From Candidatus Brocadia sp. (GTDB lineage: Bacteria > Planctomycetota > Brocadiia > Brocadiales > Brocadiaceae), in contig CP091279.1 in assembly GCA_021650915.1 (NCBI GenBank), forward strand, positions 1,950,001 to 1,982,000: a stretch of 32,000 nt of DNA. The letters run 5' to 3'. The notes under the pieces are model-generated. The model saw only the letters and a list, made by a program, of their open reading frames with translations, did not search any database and was not told where the DNA came from. Shown here one piece after another: positions 8,851-18,090 of this stretch (positions are counted from its first letter, which is position 1; each line of letters begins with the position of its first letter). The position numbers and the translations under genes were made by a program.

Positions 8851-10068
8851 CTATTTTTTAAGCACAATTCTTGCAAATCTTCGCTTTCCAACCTTGAGTA
8901 CCATGCCAGGTTGTATCTCAATATTCAGCGTGGGGTCGTTTATGGGATCGTTGTTGAGACTTACCCCACCCTGCTGAACCAACCGCCGAGCCTCACTATT
9001 GGTAGTGGCAAAGCTGCACAAGACAATAAGTTTGGCGATCCATATCTTACCATCAGCCAACTCGCTGCCAGATATTTCAACATCAGGTATTGTGTCCGGA
9101 AGCGCATGTTCTTTAAAGACACGGTCAAACTCCGCTGCGGCAGCTTCCGCATCCTTCCTATCATGGTAGCGCTGAACTATTGCCTTTGCCATGGCTGCTT
9201 TTGCCGCGCGTGGGTGGGTATGGACATCGAGAAGTTTGTTAATTTCATCGGTATTCAGGTCTGTTGCAAGTTCGAAATACTTACGCATCAGGTTGTCCGG
9301 TATAGACATGGCTTTGCCAAACATCTCGCCGGGAGGTTCAGTCACACCGATATAATTCCCGAGACTTTTGCTCATCTTTTTATTTCCGTCAATCCCTTCA
9401 AGGAGTGGAGTGGTTAAAGCAATCTGTGGTTCCACGCCTGCGTCCCTTTGCAGGTCTCTTCCAACCAGCAGGCTGAATAACTGATCCGTGCCGCCCAATT
9501 CTACGTCACTTTTCACCATGATAGAATCGTAACCCTGCATAAGGGGATAGATGAATTCATGGACACTGATGGGAATGCCGGCATTATAGCGCTTGGTAAA
9601 ATCATCCCGTTCCATCATTCTGGCTACGGTCATCTTCGCCGTAAGTTGAATGACATCATGGAAGGTCATTTTTTTAAACCACTCGCTGTTATAAATCACC
9701 TCCGTTTTCTTTAGATCAAGAATCTGCCCCGCCTGCAAAAGATACGTCCTGGCATTTTCCAATACCTTTTCATACGTAATCATGGGGCGCGTCTTGTTGA
9801 CCCCTGAAGGGTCGCCAACGGTCGCCGTATAATCCCCGATAATGAGTATGGCGGTATGGCCAAGTGATTGGAATGCCCGCAATTTATGGATAGGGATTGC
9901 ATTTCCGATATGGATGTCGGGCGCGGTTGGATCGAGTCCTAATTTTACGCGAAGCGGTCTCCTCTCTTCGTGTGACCGCTTGAGTTTTTTTGCCAATTCT
10001 TCCTTGGTAACAATATCTACTGTTCCACGCAGCAGGATCTCTAATTGCTCATCCACATCTTTAAACAT
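8851..10068 (-). CDS. tyrS: tyrosyl-tRNA synthetase
   Basis: Has the HIGH-type motif (DIHIGN), KMSKS, and a C-terminal S4-like domain. The ATG at 10068 is preceded by AGGAGG. The ORF is open up to 10131, so alternative starts at 10086 or 10131 are possible. Confidence 0.9.
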   Translation of the reverse strand: MFKDVDEQLEILLRGTVDIVTKEELAKKLKRSHEERRPLRVKLGLDPTAPDIHIGNAIPIHKLRAFQSLGHTAILIIGDYTATVGDPSGVNKTRPMITYEKVLENARTYLLQAGQILDLKKTEVIYNSEWFKKMTFHDVIQLTAKMTVARMMERDDFTKRYNAGIPISVHEFIYPLMQGYDSIMVKSDVELGGTDQLFSLLVGRDLQRDAGVEPQIALTTPLLEGIDGNKKMSKSLGNYIGVTEPPGEMFGKAMSIPDNLMRKYFELATDLNTDEINKLLDVHTHPRAAKAAMAKAIVQRYHDRKDAEAAAAEFDRVFKEHALPDTIPDVEISGSELADGKIWIAKLIVLCSFATTNSEARRLVQQGGVSLNNDPINDPTLNIEIQPGMVLKVGKRRFARIVLKK

Positions 10069-10152
10069 AGCGCCTCCTGAATTCATAATATCATACCGCA
10101 GCACAGCCGCAACCAATTCCACCTTAGACAAGGGGACAGTTGGTGTTTTTAG

Positions 10153-10929
10153 CTAAAATACCGGAATCTTCCCTTTCAAAAAATACTTAAAATAGAGTAA
10201 AAACACCAGGGTCAATGAATTGTGTAAGATATGCACAATGGTGGATGCAACAAGGGTTTGGGTCCTTTCATACAAATACCCAAGGAGCATTCCCAGGATA
10301 AATATTTGCAAAAAGGCGAAGATGTCCATGTGTACTGCCGCAAAGAGGAATGCGGTAATTGCAACGGCGTATCGCCCGCCGAACGAATTTTTCAATGCGG
10401 GCTGAAGAAAACCGCGAAACATAATCTCCTCCATGACGGGGGCAATAACAATCCCAAAAAAAATCAGGCTTCCCAGGACAAAGAGCGATTTTTCTTCCAG
10501 CACCCACTGGACGACATCCTGCATTTCCGGTATCTGCCCGTAATAACTGGATATCAGGTTGATGACAAAGCCTGCAAGTATGATAAGGGGGAGGGTGACG
10601 GCATAGCGTTTGACGCCTTGTTTGATATTTTCCGATAAATTTACTCCAGACAAACCCAGGGCGGTAACTGACTGTCGATATTCAATACAGACAACGTAAA
10701 ACACATAAGAGCAGATCAACGCGTTGATACAAAGGGAAAGGAAAAGGATCAGATTTCGTTGTCCAATGCTGTTTAGGGCGTGAAAACCAAAGAGGGTATT
10801 CATAAGCCGCACCATAACCGGCATGCCAAAAAACATAAGGACCACATAGACGAGAAAAACCTTTGCCGCATCCTTCAAATTCCAGCGACAATCCAATACC
10901 ATTCTGGGCCTCATCCGGATGCTATTCAT
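10153..10929 (-). CDS. CPBP-family intramembrane glutamic endopeptidase (CAAX protease-like)
   Basis: 258 aa and polytopic. It contains the EEIMFRGFLQ, FAAVH and HILHN motifs. Confidence 0.8.
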   Translation of the reverse strand: MNSIRMRPRMVLDCRWNLKDAAKVFLVYVVLMFFGMPVMVRLMNTLFGFHALNSIGQRNLILFLSLCINALICSYVFYVVCIEYRQSVTALGLSGVNLSENIKQGVKRYAVTLPLIILAGFVINLISSYYGQIPEMQDVVQWVLEEKSLFVLGSLIFFGIVIAPVMEEIMFRGFLQPALKNSFGGRYAVAITAFLFAAVHMDIFAFLQIFILGMLLGYLYERTQTLVASTIVHILHNSLTLVFLLYFKYFLKGKIPVF

Positions 10930-11332
10930 TTTTCATGATTTGTACAAAAACCTCTCTGCGTCTCGGTCCATCAAATTCACAGAAATAGATGCCCTGCCAC
11001 GTTCCCAGCGCTAATTTCCCAGACGAGACAGGCACGGATACGGAAGAGCCCACCAGGGTTGATTTGATGTGGGCGGCAGCATTTCCCTCTCCATGGGTAT
11101 AGCTGCCATTCCAGGGTATCAGACGGCTGAGATCATGCAAAATATCTTCCCGAACTGAAGGATCGGCGTTTTCATTGATCGTGATAGCTGCGGTAGTATG
11201 AGGCACATAGAGATAACATATCCCCTCTTTCATTGTTTGCTTTACGAGGAGTTTCTCTACTTCCCGTGTGATATCGATAAGCTCCGCACGCGCGTGTGTT
11301 GTTACCTGAATCTTTTCCATTGCACCATTCAA
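10922..11332 (-). CDS. yjbQ: YjbQ/UPF0047 family protein (secondary thiamine-phosphate synthase)
   Basis: 136 aa. The VPHTTAAITINENADP...GNAAAHIKS...GTWQGIYFCEFDGPR pattern is typical of YjbQ. Confidence 0.85.
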   Translation of the reverse strand: MNGAMEKIQVTTHARAELIDITREVEKLLVKQTMKEGICYLYVPHTTAAITINENADPSVREDILHDLSRLIPWNGSYTHGEGNAAAHIKSTLVGSSVSVPVSSGKLALGTWQGIYFCEFDGPRRREVFVQIMKNE

Positions 11333-11591
11333 TCCTTATCGTATAAAGACACTCATGCTCAAGCGGGCAGATGCCTCGCCCCGTCTTTTTCTGAAAATCA
11401 AAACGTTATAAGCGTCTATTTTACCAGTAATAATAAGGTATTCAAGGAAATTTGCTGCAAATGGTCTCCCTTCGTTGGTGCGGTCAGATACGACCTAACG
11501 ACGACATAAATGCATCTCACTCAGTCTGGAACAATAGGCATGAATGGGTTGAGTCGTTTGAAAATCCCCCGGGAGAGTTGTTTTTGTCCTC

Positions 11592-12314
11592 TTAGTAGAC
11601 AATCTTCTTCTCCGATTCATTTTCCAGGCAAGCGAGATAATGGATCGCGATCTCATTCGTCGGAACAATTTCCAGAACCCTCTTGTACCAGGCGATAGCC
11701 GTTTTCTTTTCGTTAATCTGACGGTAGGCATGACCAAGATTCAACCGAATCCGAACCCTGGCAAGGTCATTTGATTTCGCCAGGAGATCCGCTTTTCGAT
11801 AGTTTTCGATTACGAATCCGTAGAGATCAGTCCGGTAATGTTTCGCCAGAGGCCATATCGTATCAGCCGATTCTTTATAAAACCGTTCGGATTTCAGGTT
11901 CCACTGTTTTCCCCAATTCAGAAGTTCAACCGCCTGATCGGCCTTCCCCTCACCATCGGGCATTCGGGTTGGATTTATTGTCCAGGACACCCATTTCGAC
12001 CACAATAGCCATGCCATGGTCGTATAGGTATCGATATCTTTGCGATCAATATTAAGAATTTGATACCCAATGCGAATAGCCTTGTTATAGCTTCCCTCTG
12101 GGTTGTCAAACTGCTGGTTGTCGATGTAAAATCCCATACATTCCCGCAACAGATCGGCGTCATGCTGACGATCTAAATTCCGGAGCGCCTGTTCACCCAG
12201 CGTATAGATGGTGTGGTCTGACTTGGAAAGTCCGTTGCCTCTTTCGGCAGCAAAAGAACTGGTGGGCAAAAAGATGATGCAGAAAACCGCAACAAGGGGG
12301 AATAGTAACTTCAT
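11592..12314 (-). CDS. secreted TPR-like repeat protein
   Basis: The ATG at 12314 is preceded by GGAAAGGAG. It has the signal peptide MKLLFPLVAVFCIIFLPTSSFAA and C-terminal TPR-like helices. The six-frame ORF extends to 12371, but that start would lie inside a terminator hairpin. Confidence 0.6.
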   Translation of the reverse strand: MKLLFPLVAVFCIIFLPTSSFAAERGNGLSKSDHTIYTLGEQALRNLDRQHDADLLRECMGFYIDNQQFDNPEGSYNKAIRIGYQILNIDRKDIDTYTTMAWLLWSKWVSWTINPTRMPDGEGKADQAVELLNWGKQWNLKSERFYKESADTIWPLAKHYRTDLYGFVIENYRKADLLAKSNDLARVRIRLNLGHAYRQINEKKTAIAWYKRVLEIVPTNEIAIHYLACLENESEKKIVY

Positions 12315-12331
12315 CGATAAAGCTCCTTTCC

Positions 12332-12386
12332 AAAAAAAAGCCTTACTGCTAAAGAAGTAAGAAACACCCATCTTCGGCAGTAAGGC
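12332..12386 (-). terminator. rho-independent terminator-like hairpin
   Basis: The 10-bp arms GCCTTACTGC (12340-12349) and GCAGTAAGGC (12377-12386) are extended by inner GAAG/CTTC pairing. On the minus strand they are followed by a T8 run (A8 at 12332-12339 on the plus strand). The site lies downstream of hpnH. Confidence 0.5.
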
Positions 12387-12686
12387 TGTCTTTTCTTGCC
12401 CTTGCGTCCCTGTAGGACTAAGACCCTTTACTTTGCGCCCCCTGATCGCTCAGGGTTTGCCTTTATCGGTGAATGAAATATTACGAAAATGCCATTAATT
12501 TCCCCTTATGTCAAGAAAAAAAAGAATTTTTTATCGAATTGGCAGATGAATATCAATTTTTGAACGATCAGAAGTTTTTTCAAATTTGTGTCAGGTGTGT
12601 CCCGGCAAGAGATTTTGCAACGTTGTGGGGGGCAACCGGAAGCATCTTCCCGGGTCACAATGAAGTTGCTAAAGTGATTTTTATCG

Positions 12687-13691
12687 CTAGCTGAAACTCC
12701 ACTTTGTCATCTCAATGATGTCTGATATTCGTTTCCCGCCTTCCAATACCACCGTAGGCTCAAAACCACAATGCATCATACAATTTTCACAACGCGGGTC
12801 CTTGCCTTCCTGATATTTCTCCCAATCCGTGTTTTCCATGCATTCATCAAAGGTTTTATAATGAGTATCAGTGATAAGGTAGCAGGGGCTCTTCCACCCC
12901 AAATAGTTTCTGGTTGGATTTCCCCAGGGTGTGCATTTGAGCGACCGTTCCCCTTTCAGAAACTTTAAATACAAGGGAGAGTTGAGTATTTTATATTTTT
13001 TAGAAATCCCGTAAATAAATCCAAATCGTTCCTGTATCTCATTCCGGCAAAGAAATACCTCATTTTCATTGTGCTCAAAACTGAACCCCGGAGAGACTAA
13101 CATGCCATCCACGCCTAATCCTTCGAGAAAGGAGAACAACTCGTCTATTTCCTTTTCACTGGTATTTTTATATATCGTGGTATTTGTACAGACTTTAAAT
13201 CCTGCCCGCTTTGCCGCCTGAATGGCATGGATAGCGCGTTCAAAGACCCCTTTCCCGGCAATGGCGTTATGGGTGCTGGCAAGCCCGTCAATATGTACGT
13301 TGATATTGAAGTACTTGCTGGGTTTTAGTTTTTTTATTGCGTCTGGAAGCAAGATTCCATTCGTGCACAAATAGACATGCCGTTTTTTATTTACAATAGC
13401 GTTGATGATTTTATCAATCTCCGGGTGTATCAGGGGTTCACCGCCGGTAACGGTGACAACCGGGGCGGGACACTCGTCCACTGCCTGAATACACTCCTCT
13501 GTGCGTAACATTTCCCGCATCGTTTCTTTATATTCATGGATCCGGCCACAGCCTTCACAGGCGAGATTGCATTGGTGGGTAACCTCCAGCATTAATACCA
13601 AAGGGAACCTTGCCCTGGATAAAATCTTGTTCTTCAGCAAATATTTCGTCAACGAGGAACTTAATGATAATGATACCCTCATAATAGGCAT
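12687..13691 (-). CDS. hpnH: adenosyl-hopene transferase HpnH (radical SAM)
   Basis: 334 aa. It has the CNLACEGCG radical-SAM cluster motif preceded by RFPLVLMLE, and a C-terminal Cys-rich DUF3463-like domain (WGNPTRNYLGWKSPCYL...RCENCMMHCGFEP). Confidence 0.8.
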   Translation of the reverse strand: MPIMRVSLSLSSSLTKYLLKNKILSRARFPLVLMLEVTHQCNLACEGCGRIHEYKETMREMLRTEECIQAVDECPAPVVTVTGGEPLIHPEIDKIINAIVNKKRHVYLCTNGILLPDAIKKLKPSKYFNINVHIDGLASTHNAIAGKGVFERAIHAIQAAKRAGFKVCTNTTIYKNTSEKEIDELFSFLEGLGVDGMLVSPGFSFEHNENEVFLCRNEIQERFGFIYGISKKYKILNSPLYLKFLKGERSLKCTPWGNPTRNYLGWKSPCYLITDTHYKTFDECMENTDWEKYQEGKDPRCENCMMHCGFEPTVVLEGGKRISDIIEMTKWSFS

Positions 13692-13925
13692 CGCTCCGTT
13701 TTCGTGAATTAAGGGAAAAAAACCAAAATACCGGCAAAATAACTCATGCGTATCAAATGCTATATCAATACAATGACGCTGTCAAGGATTATTTAACGTG
13801 CGCTTCCCAAAAAATTTTCCTTACAACCGTGATCGATGCCATCAGGTACTTTTTCATAAATTTGTATTGATAATTTTTCCCAAATGTGATTCCATTTACT
13901 CGTTATTTGTCGAAAAGGAAGATTT

Positions 13926-14699
13926 ATGATAGCGGTATTTTTTGCTTTAAGTCAGGAAGTGGCGTCCCTGAAACCACACGTAAACATCTTAAAAAAGATC
14001 CGGCACGCCCACGCCGTATTTTATCAGGCAGAATTTTGCGGTTTTCCGCTCACCATCGTTCAGTCCGGGGTAGGAAGAAAGGTCTCAGACCTTATTCATC
14101 AATTATCAAAGCATTTCAGGATACAGTTTATGATTTCTTCTGGTTTTGCCGGTAGCGTAAACCCGCGGGTTGGTGTTGGTGATCTGGTTATCGGGAAACA
14201 CGTCCTCTCTCCCCTGTCAGAAGTCTCGGAAGGAGAGATCCGCATCGGCGCTACCTTGCCCTGCGATGCACCAGCCGTAGAACTCGCTGTTAAATTAGGC
14301 AGTGCCGCTTCCCTCCAATTGCATTGCGGAGACATCTTATCCGTTGACAAAATAATCCGGCAGTCCTCCCTCAAACGGCATATTGGAAACCAGACGTCCG
14401 CAATTGCCGTAGACATGGAGTCTTTTGCAATAGTGGAACGGGCCAATGCCATGGGAATTCCTTTTATCGTGGTGCGTGCAATTTCAGACGGCGTGGATGA
14501 GGATATGGAAATCTGCGAAAACATGGTAACCAAAGGGGGAGGGGTGGACATTTCCGCCACGGCGCGGTATCTGCTCAATAAACCTCACCGCATCCCCTAC
14601 CTGAACCGTCTTCGCAAGCAAACCAGGCAGGCGACAAATACCCTATCCGCATTCTTCCCAAATTTTATTACACAAATCTATAATTCTTTGCTAGCATAA
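13926..14699 (+). CDS. hpnG: PNP/UDP-1 family nucleoside phosphorylase, HpnG-like (hopanoid-associated)
   Basis: 257 aa. It has the SSGFAGS and AVDMESFAIVERA motifs of the phosphorylase family and is divergently adjacent to hpnH. An MTA-nucleosidase role cannot be excluded. Confidence 0.6.
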   Translation: MIAVFFALSQEVASLKPHVNILKKIRHAHAVFYQAEFCGFPLTIVQSGVGRKVSDLIHQLSKHFRIQFMISSGFAGSVNPRVGVGDLVIGKHVLSPLSEVSEGEIRIGATLPCDAPAVELAVKLGSAASLQLHCGDILSVDKIIRQSSLKRHIGNQTSAIAVDMESFAIVERANAMGIPFIVVRAISDGVDEDMEICENMVTKGGGVDISATARYLLNKPHRIPYLNRLRKQTRQATNTLSAFFPNFITQIYNSLLA

Positions 14700-14718
14700 T
14701 AGCTTTGAGAGGTAATCC

Positions 14719-15222
14719 ATGACAGGCAAAAACATTGGGATTGTGATGGGTAGCGATTCTGACCTTGCTACGATGAAGGAGGCCATAAACGTACTCAGGG
14801 AATTTGGGGTGGGCTTTGACGTGAACGTTATATCCGCCCACCGGTCGCCGGAGAGGGCGCATTCTTACGCAACGGATGCGGAAAAGAAATACGACGTGAT
14901 TATTGCCGGCGCGGGAGGGGCTGCGCATCTGGCCGGCGTTATTGCAAGCCTTACCCCTATTCCCGTTATTGGAGTACCCATGCTGACGCCGGGGTTGGGC
15001 GGATTGGACTCACTCCTCTCCATGGTGCAAATGCCGTCAGGTGTTCCGGTGCCAACCATGGGAACCGGGAAGTCAGGGGCCGTCAACGCCGCGCTCTTAG
15101 CAATACAAATCTTAAGCGTATCAGATCCGATGCTAAGACAAAAACTTGCCGTCTATAAAAAAAAGATGGCAGATGAGGTTGCAAAAAAAGATACCGCAGT
15201 GAGGACAGAATTTGGATTATAG
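14719..15222 (+). CDS. purE: 5-(carboxyamino)imidazole ribonucleotide mutase
   Basis: 167 aa with the IVMGSDSD, SAHRSPE and AGAGGAAHLAGV motifs. Confidence 0.9.
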   Translation: MTGKNIGIVMGSDSDLATMKEAINVLREFGVGFDVNVISAHRSPERAHSYATDAEKKYDVIIAGAGGAAHLAGVIASLTPIPVIGVPMLTPGLGGLDSLLSMVQMPSGVPVPTMGTGKSGAVNAALLAIQILSVSDPMLRQKLAVYKKKMADEVAKKDTAVRTEFGL

Positions 15223-15462
15223 TATTACGGTATAAAAACTTCTTTTTTTGTAAGTTTTTTACAAACCACTTTCAGGAGGTGCCGTTTTTTATGAGTGAAA
15301 GATTGCTTCGCGGAGTTTACACTGAGCACATCGAATGTGCTCACAATGACACGTGCAGTGTGCCATCAAAATGCAGGTCGCTGTCATTGCGAGGGGCCTT
15401 TTCCGAAGCAATCTCCCCACTTTCATAAAGAAAATTTGGTTGCGGCTGTGCTGCGCCAGGAT
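15218..15462 (+). repeat. copy A of a ~245-bp structured intergenic repeat (MITE/REP-like)
   Basis: About 90% identical, with small indels, to 17753-18000 in the same orientation. It contains nested inverted repeats: AGATTGCTTCG...CGAAGCAATCT, GAGCACAT-CGA-ATGTGCTC and CAATGACA...TGTCATTG. Confidence 0.85.
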
Positions 15463-15557
15463 AACCAGCGTTTTTGTGATGGAAACGACCGTCTTTTGTA
15501 CAGACAAAAAACCAATAATGATAAAAGCAGGATACATAATTACTCAAGGGAGACGAA

Positions 15558-16616
15558 ATGCCATTACCAACCATAGAGTGGGAAGGTGATATAAACGGTC
15601 GCATCCGGCTGATCGACCAGACACTCTTGCCCACCGAATTAAAGTTTGTTTATTGTGAGGATATAAAAAGCATCTGGCACGCCATCAAGACGCTCATGGT
15701 GAGGGGTGCGCCGGCAATTGGCATTGCAGGCGCCATGGGTGTTGTCCTGGGCGTTAAAGACATTCAGGCGAAGGACACGGATGCATTCCTGAAAGAGCTC
15801 AAGCAGGTGACAACCTATTTGGGTGCGTCCCGTCCCACGGCGGTCAACCTCTTCTGGGGACTTGACCGTATGGAGCGCATTGCACGGGAAAATAAGGATA
15901 CATCGGTCCCGGAAATAAAAGAGGCTCTCCTGCAGGAGGCGCTCAGGATACAGAATGAGGACAAGATTATTTGCAGACAGATCGGGGAAAATGGCGCCGG
16001 TCTTATTAAAGACGGCAGCGGCGTTTTAACCCATTGCAATGCGGGGGGATTAGCCACGGCTGATTACGGAACTGCGCTGGCCGTCCTTTTTAAGGCAAAG
16101 GAACAGGGCAAACACATCAAGGTTTACGCAGATGAAACGCGCCCCTTGCTGCAAGGCGCCAGGCTAACGGCATGGGAGCTGGTTCACGCAGGGATTGACA
16201 TTACCCTCATTTGCGACAACATGGCAGGACACGTCATGAAGCTGGGAAGGGTACAGTGCGTTGTTGTGGGCGCTGACCGGATTGCCGCCAACGGTGACAC
16301 CGCAAATAAAATCGGCACGTACAGCGTCTCCATTTTGGCAAAGGAGCACAAAATTCCCTTTTACGTTGCGGCGCCGGTTTCAACCTTTGATTTAAGCATA
16401 ACGTCCGGCAATGAGATTCCCATTGAAGAACGCTCGCCCGAAGAGATAACCAATGGCTTTGGCAAGAGGACGGCGCCTGAAGGAGTAAAGGTCTTTAATC
16501 CTGCCTTTGATGTCACCCCGGCGTCCCATATTGCCGCTATTATCACTGAAAAGGGAGTCATTCATAGCCCGTCTCGGGAAAATATACAGCGACTCCTGGG
16601 GACATCCATGAGATAG
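15558..16616 (+). CDS. mtnA: S-methyl-5-thioribose-1-phosphate isomerase
   Basis: 352 aa. The LIDQTLLP...MVRGAPAIGIAGA motif and the eIF-2B alpha/beta/delta-like body are typical of MtnA. Confidence 0.85.
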   Translation: MPLPTIEWEGDINGRIRLIDQTLLPTELKFVYCEDIKSIWHAIKTLMVRGAPAIGIAGAMGVVLGVKDIQAKDTDAFLKELKQVTTYLGASRPTAVNLFWGLDRMERIARENKDTSVPEIKEALLQEALRIQNEDKIICRQIGENGAGLIKDGSGVLTHCNAGGLATADYGTALAVLFKAKEQGKHIKVYADETRPLLQGARLTAWELVHAGIDITLICDNMAGHVMKLGRVQCVVVGADRIAANGDTANKIGTYSVSILAKEHKIPFYVAAPVSTFDLSITSGNEIPIEERSPEEITNGFGKRTAPEGVKVFNPAFDVTPASHIAAIITEKGVIHSPSRENIQRLLGTSMR

Positions 16617-16694
16617 ATGTAAGACAAATAATAAACTTTTGTGTCATCAGGAATTTTTTTATTGATATCTTTGTTTTTCTACACAGGCAATCAC

Positions 16695-17099
16695 ATGAAA
16701 ATGAAAGAAGGTTGTTGGTCTGGCAAGAAGACAGTCGGTGTGCATATCCATCGTTATCTGCGATCTCTCTTCCTGGGCAGTATCCCGCTGCTGTTTCTTT
16801 TTAGTTGCGGGAGCGACCGCGTCAACGTTGAATTTCAAAGCTCACGGGAAGTTTATGACGATGCAAAAACGGACCCTGATAAACTGAACAGAGAGCTTGA
16901 ATATGATTTGAAAGAAGTGGAGAGACAGCGCTTACAGAAACAACGTGCGGAGGAAGCCGCGGCAAAGGCAAAGGCTGAAGCACAACGCAAGGCGGAGGCG
17001 CAGAGGGGCGATCAGAAACCGGAAACGGAAGCGGAAACTGAAATGGAAATGGAAACAGGCGAAGCGGCAGAGGCAGAATCGTCTCCGTTACAACCATAA
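16695..17099 (+). CDS. lipoprotein with Ala/Glu/Lys-rich low-complexity C-terminus
   Basis: Has the lipobox LLFLFSCGS followed by the charged repeat region QRAEEAAAKAKAEAQRKAEAQR...ETEAETEMEMET. The start is uncertain, with a GTG at 16641 also possible. Confidence 0.5.
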   Translation: MKMKEGCWSGKKTVGVHIHRYLRSLFLGSIPLLFLFSCGSDRVNVEFQSSREVYDDAKTDPDKLNRELEYDLKEVERQRLQKQRAEEAAAKAKAEAQRKAEAQRGDQKPETEAETEMEMETGEAAEAESSPLQP

Positions 17100-17125
17100 C
17101 TCGGGTATTTTTCAAGGAGAGAACC

Positions 17126-17710
17126 ATGTTCGGTAGAAAATTGGTAACGTTGTTCCTTTTGATCATCGCAACTTTTCTGGTGTTATACAGCTATGGATTT
17201 TATAAAAAGCGCCAGACCGTATCCCAGCTTGATGGAAAGATTAAAATGGGAAAATATACCGACGCCCTGGCCTCTGTCCAGAAACTGCAGGAATCTCCGG
17301 TCATTCGCATGATATCGAAATTAGAAAAGGAAGACCCGGTGATCGCCTATAATAAAGGGGTAATATATGTCCTCATGGAAAACAAAAAAAAGGCGAGCGC
17401 CGAGTTCCGAAGAGCGATGGAGACAGATGATCCTGTATTAAAGGCACGGGCTATTTACAATACCGCCAATATCATCGCAACCGATATGGATTTTTCCACT
17501 GCCGCCATGCAATATACCGAGGTATTGAAGATTGATCCCGATGATTTTCAGGCAAAAAAAAATTTAGAACGGATGAGGGTGGGTGAACAGCAGTTTAACA
17601 CGATGTTCAGCCCGGAGCAACAGGAACGGGAAGACAGAATTGAGGCATTAAAACTCCTCCCCTGGGGCACAAAATACAAATATAGCGGAGAACAAAAGAT
17701 CCGGTGGTAA
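17126..17710 (+). CDS. membrane-anchored TPR protein (BatC-like)
   Basis: 194 aa with an N-terminal TM segment (LVTLFLLIIATFLVLYSYGF) followed by TPR-like helices. It lies upstream of a vWA gene, as in Bat clusters. Confidence 0.6.
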   Translation: MFGRKLVTLFLLIIATFLVLYSYGFYKKRQTVSQLDGKIKMGKYTDALASVQKLQESPVIRMISKLEKEDPVIAYNKGVIYVLMENKKKASAEFRRAMETDDPVLKARAIYNTANIIATDMDFSTAAMQYTEVLKIDPDDFQAKKNLERMRVGEQQFNTMFSPEQQEREDRIEALKLLPWGTKYKYSGEQKIRW

Positions 17711-17752
17711 TTGTCTGAGAAGTGCAGAATACCTCAGCCAAAATAAAACACC

Positions 17753-18000
17753 TATAGTAATACTGTATAAAAACTTCTTTTTTTTGTAAGTTTTTTTACA
17801 AACCCCTTTCAGGAGGTACCGTTTTTTATGAGTGAAAGATTGCTTCGCGGAGTTTACACTGAGCACATCGAATGTGCTCGCAATGACAACGTGCAGTGTG
17901 CCATCAAAGTGCATGGTCGCTGTCATTGCGAGGGCATTTTCCGAAGCAATCTCCCCGCTTTCATAAAGGAAATTTGGTTGTGGCTGTGCCGCGCCAGGAA
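17753..18000 (+). repeat. copy B of the ~245-bp structured intergenic repeat
   Basis: See copy A. In this copy the P3 stem is a perfect 12-bp pairing (CTCGCAATGACA/TGTCATTGCGAG). Confidence 0.85.
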
Positions 18001-18090
18001 TAATGAGCAGGCAGGGACCCGTTACCAGAAAGGGAGCGCAGTGCTCTTTGACTTCTTATTCCTGACCACCGGTTTCACAAAATCTTTACC

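Noticed and set aside
12473-12694. A 73-aa plus-strand ORF lies between the TPR gene and hpnH.
   Set aside because: It has no RBS and no recognisable motif. It lies in the 3' region downstream of hpnH, overlaps the hpnH stop, and is probably non-coding.
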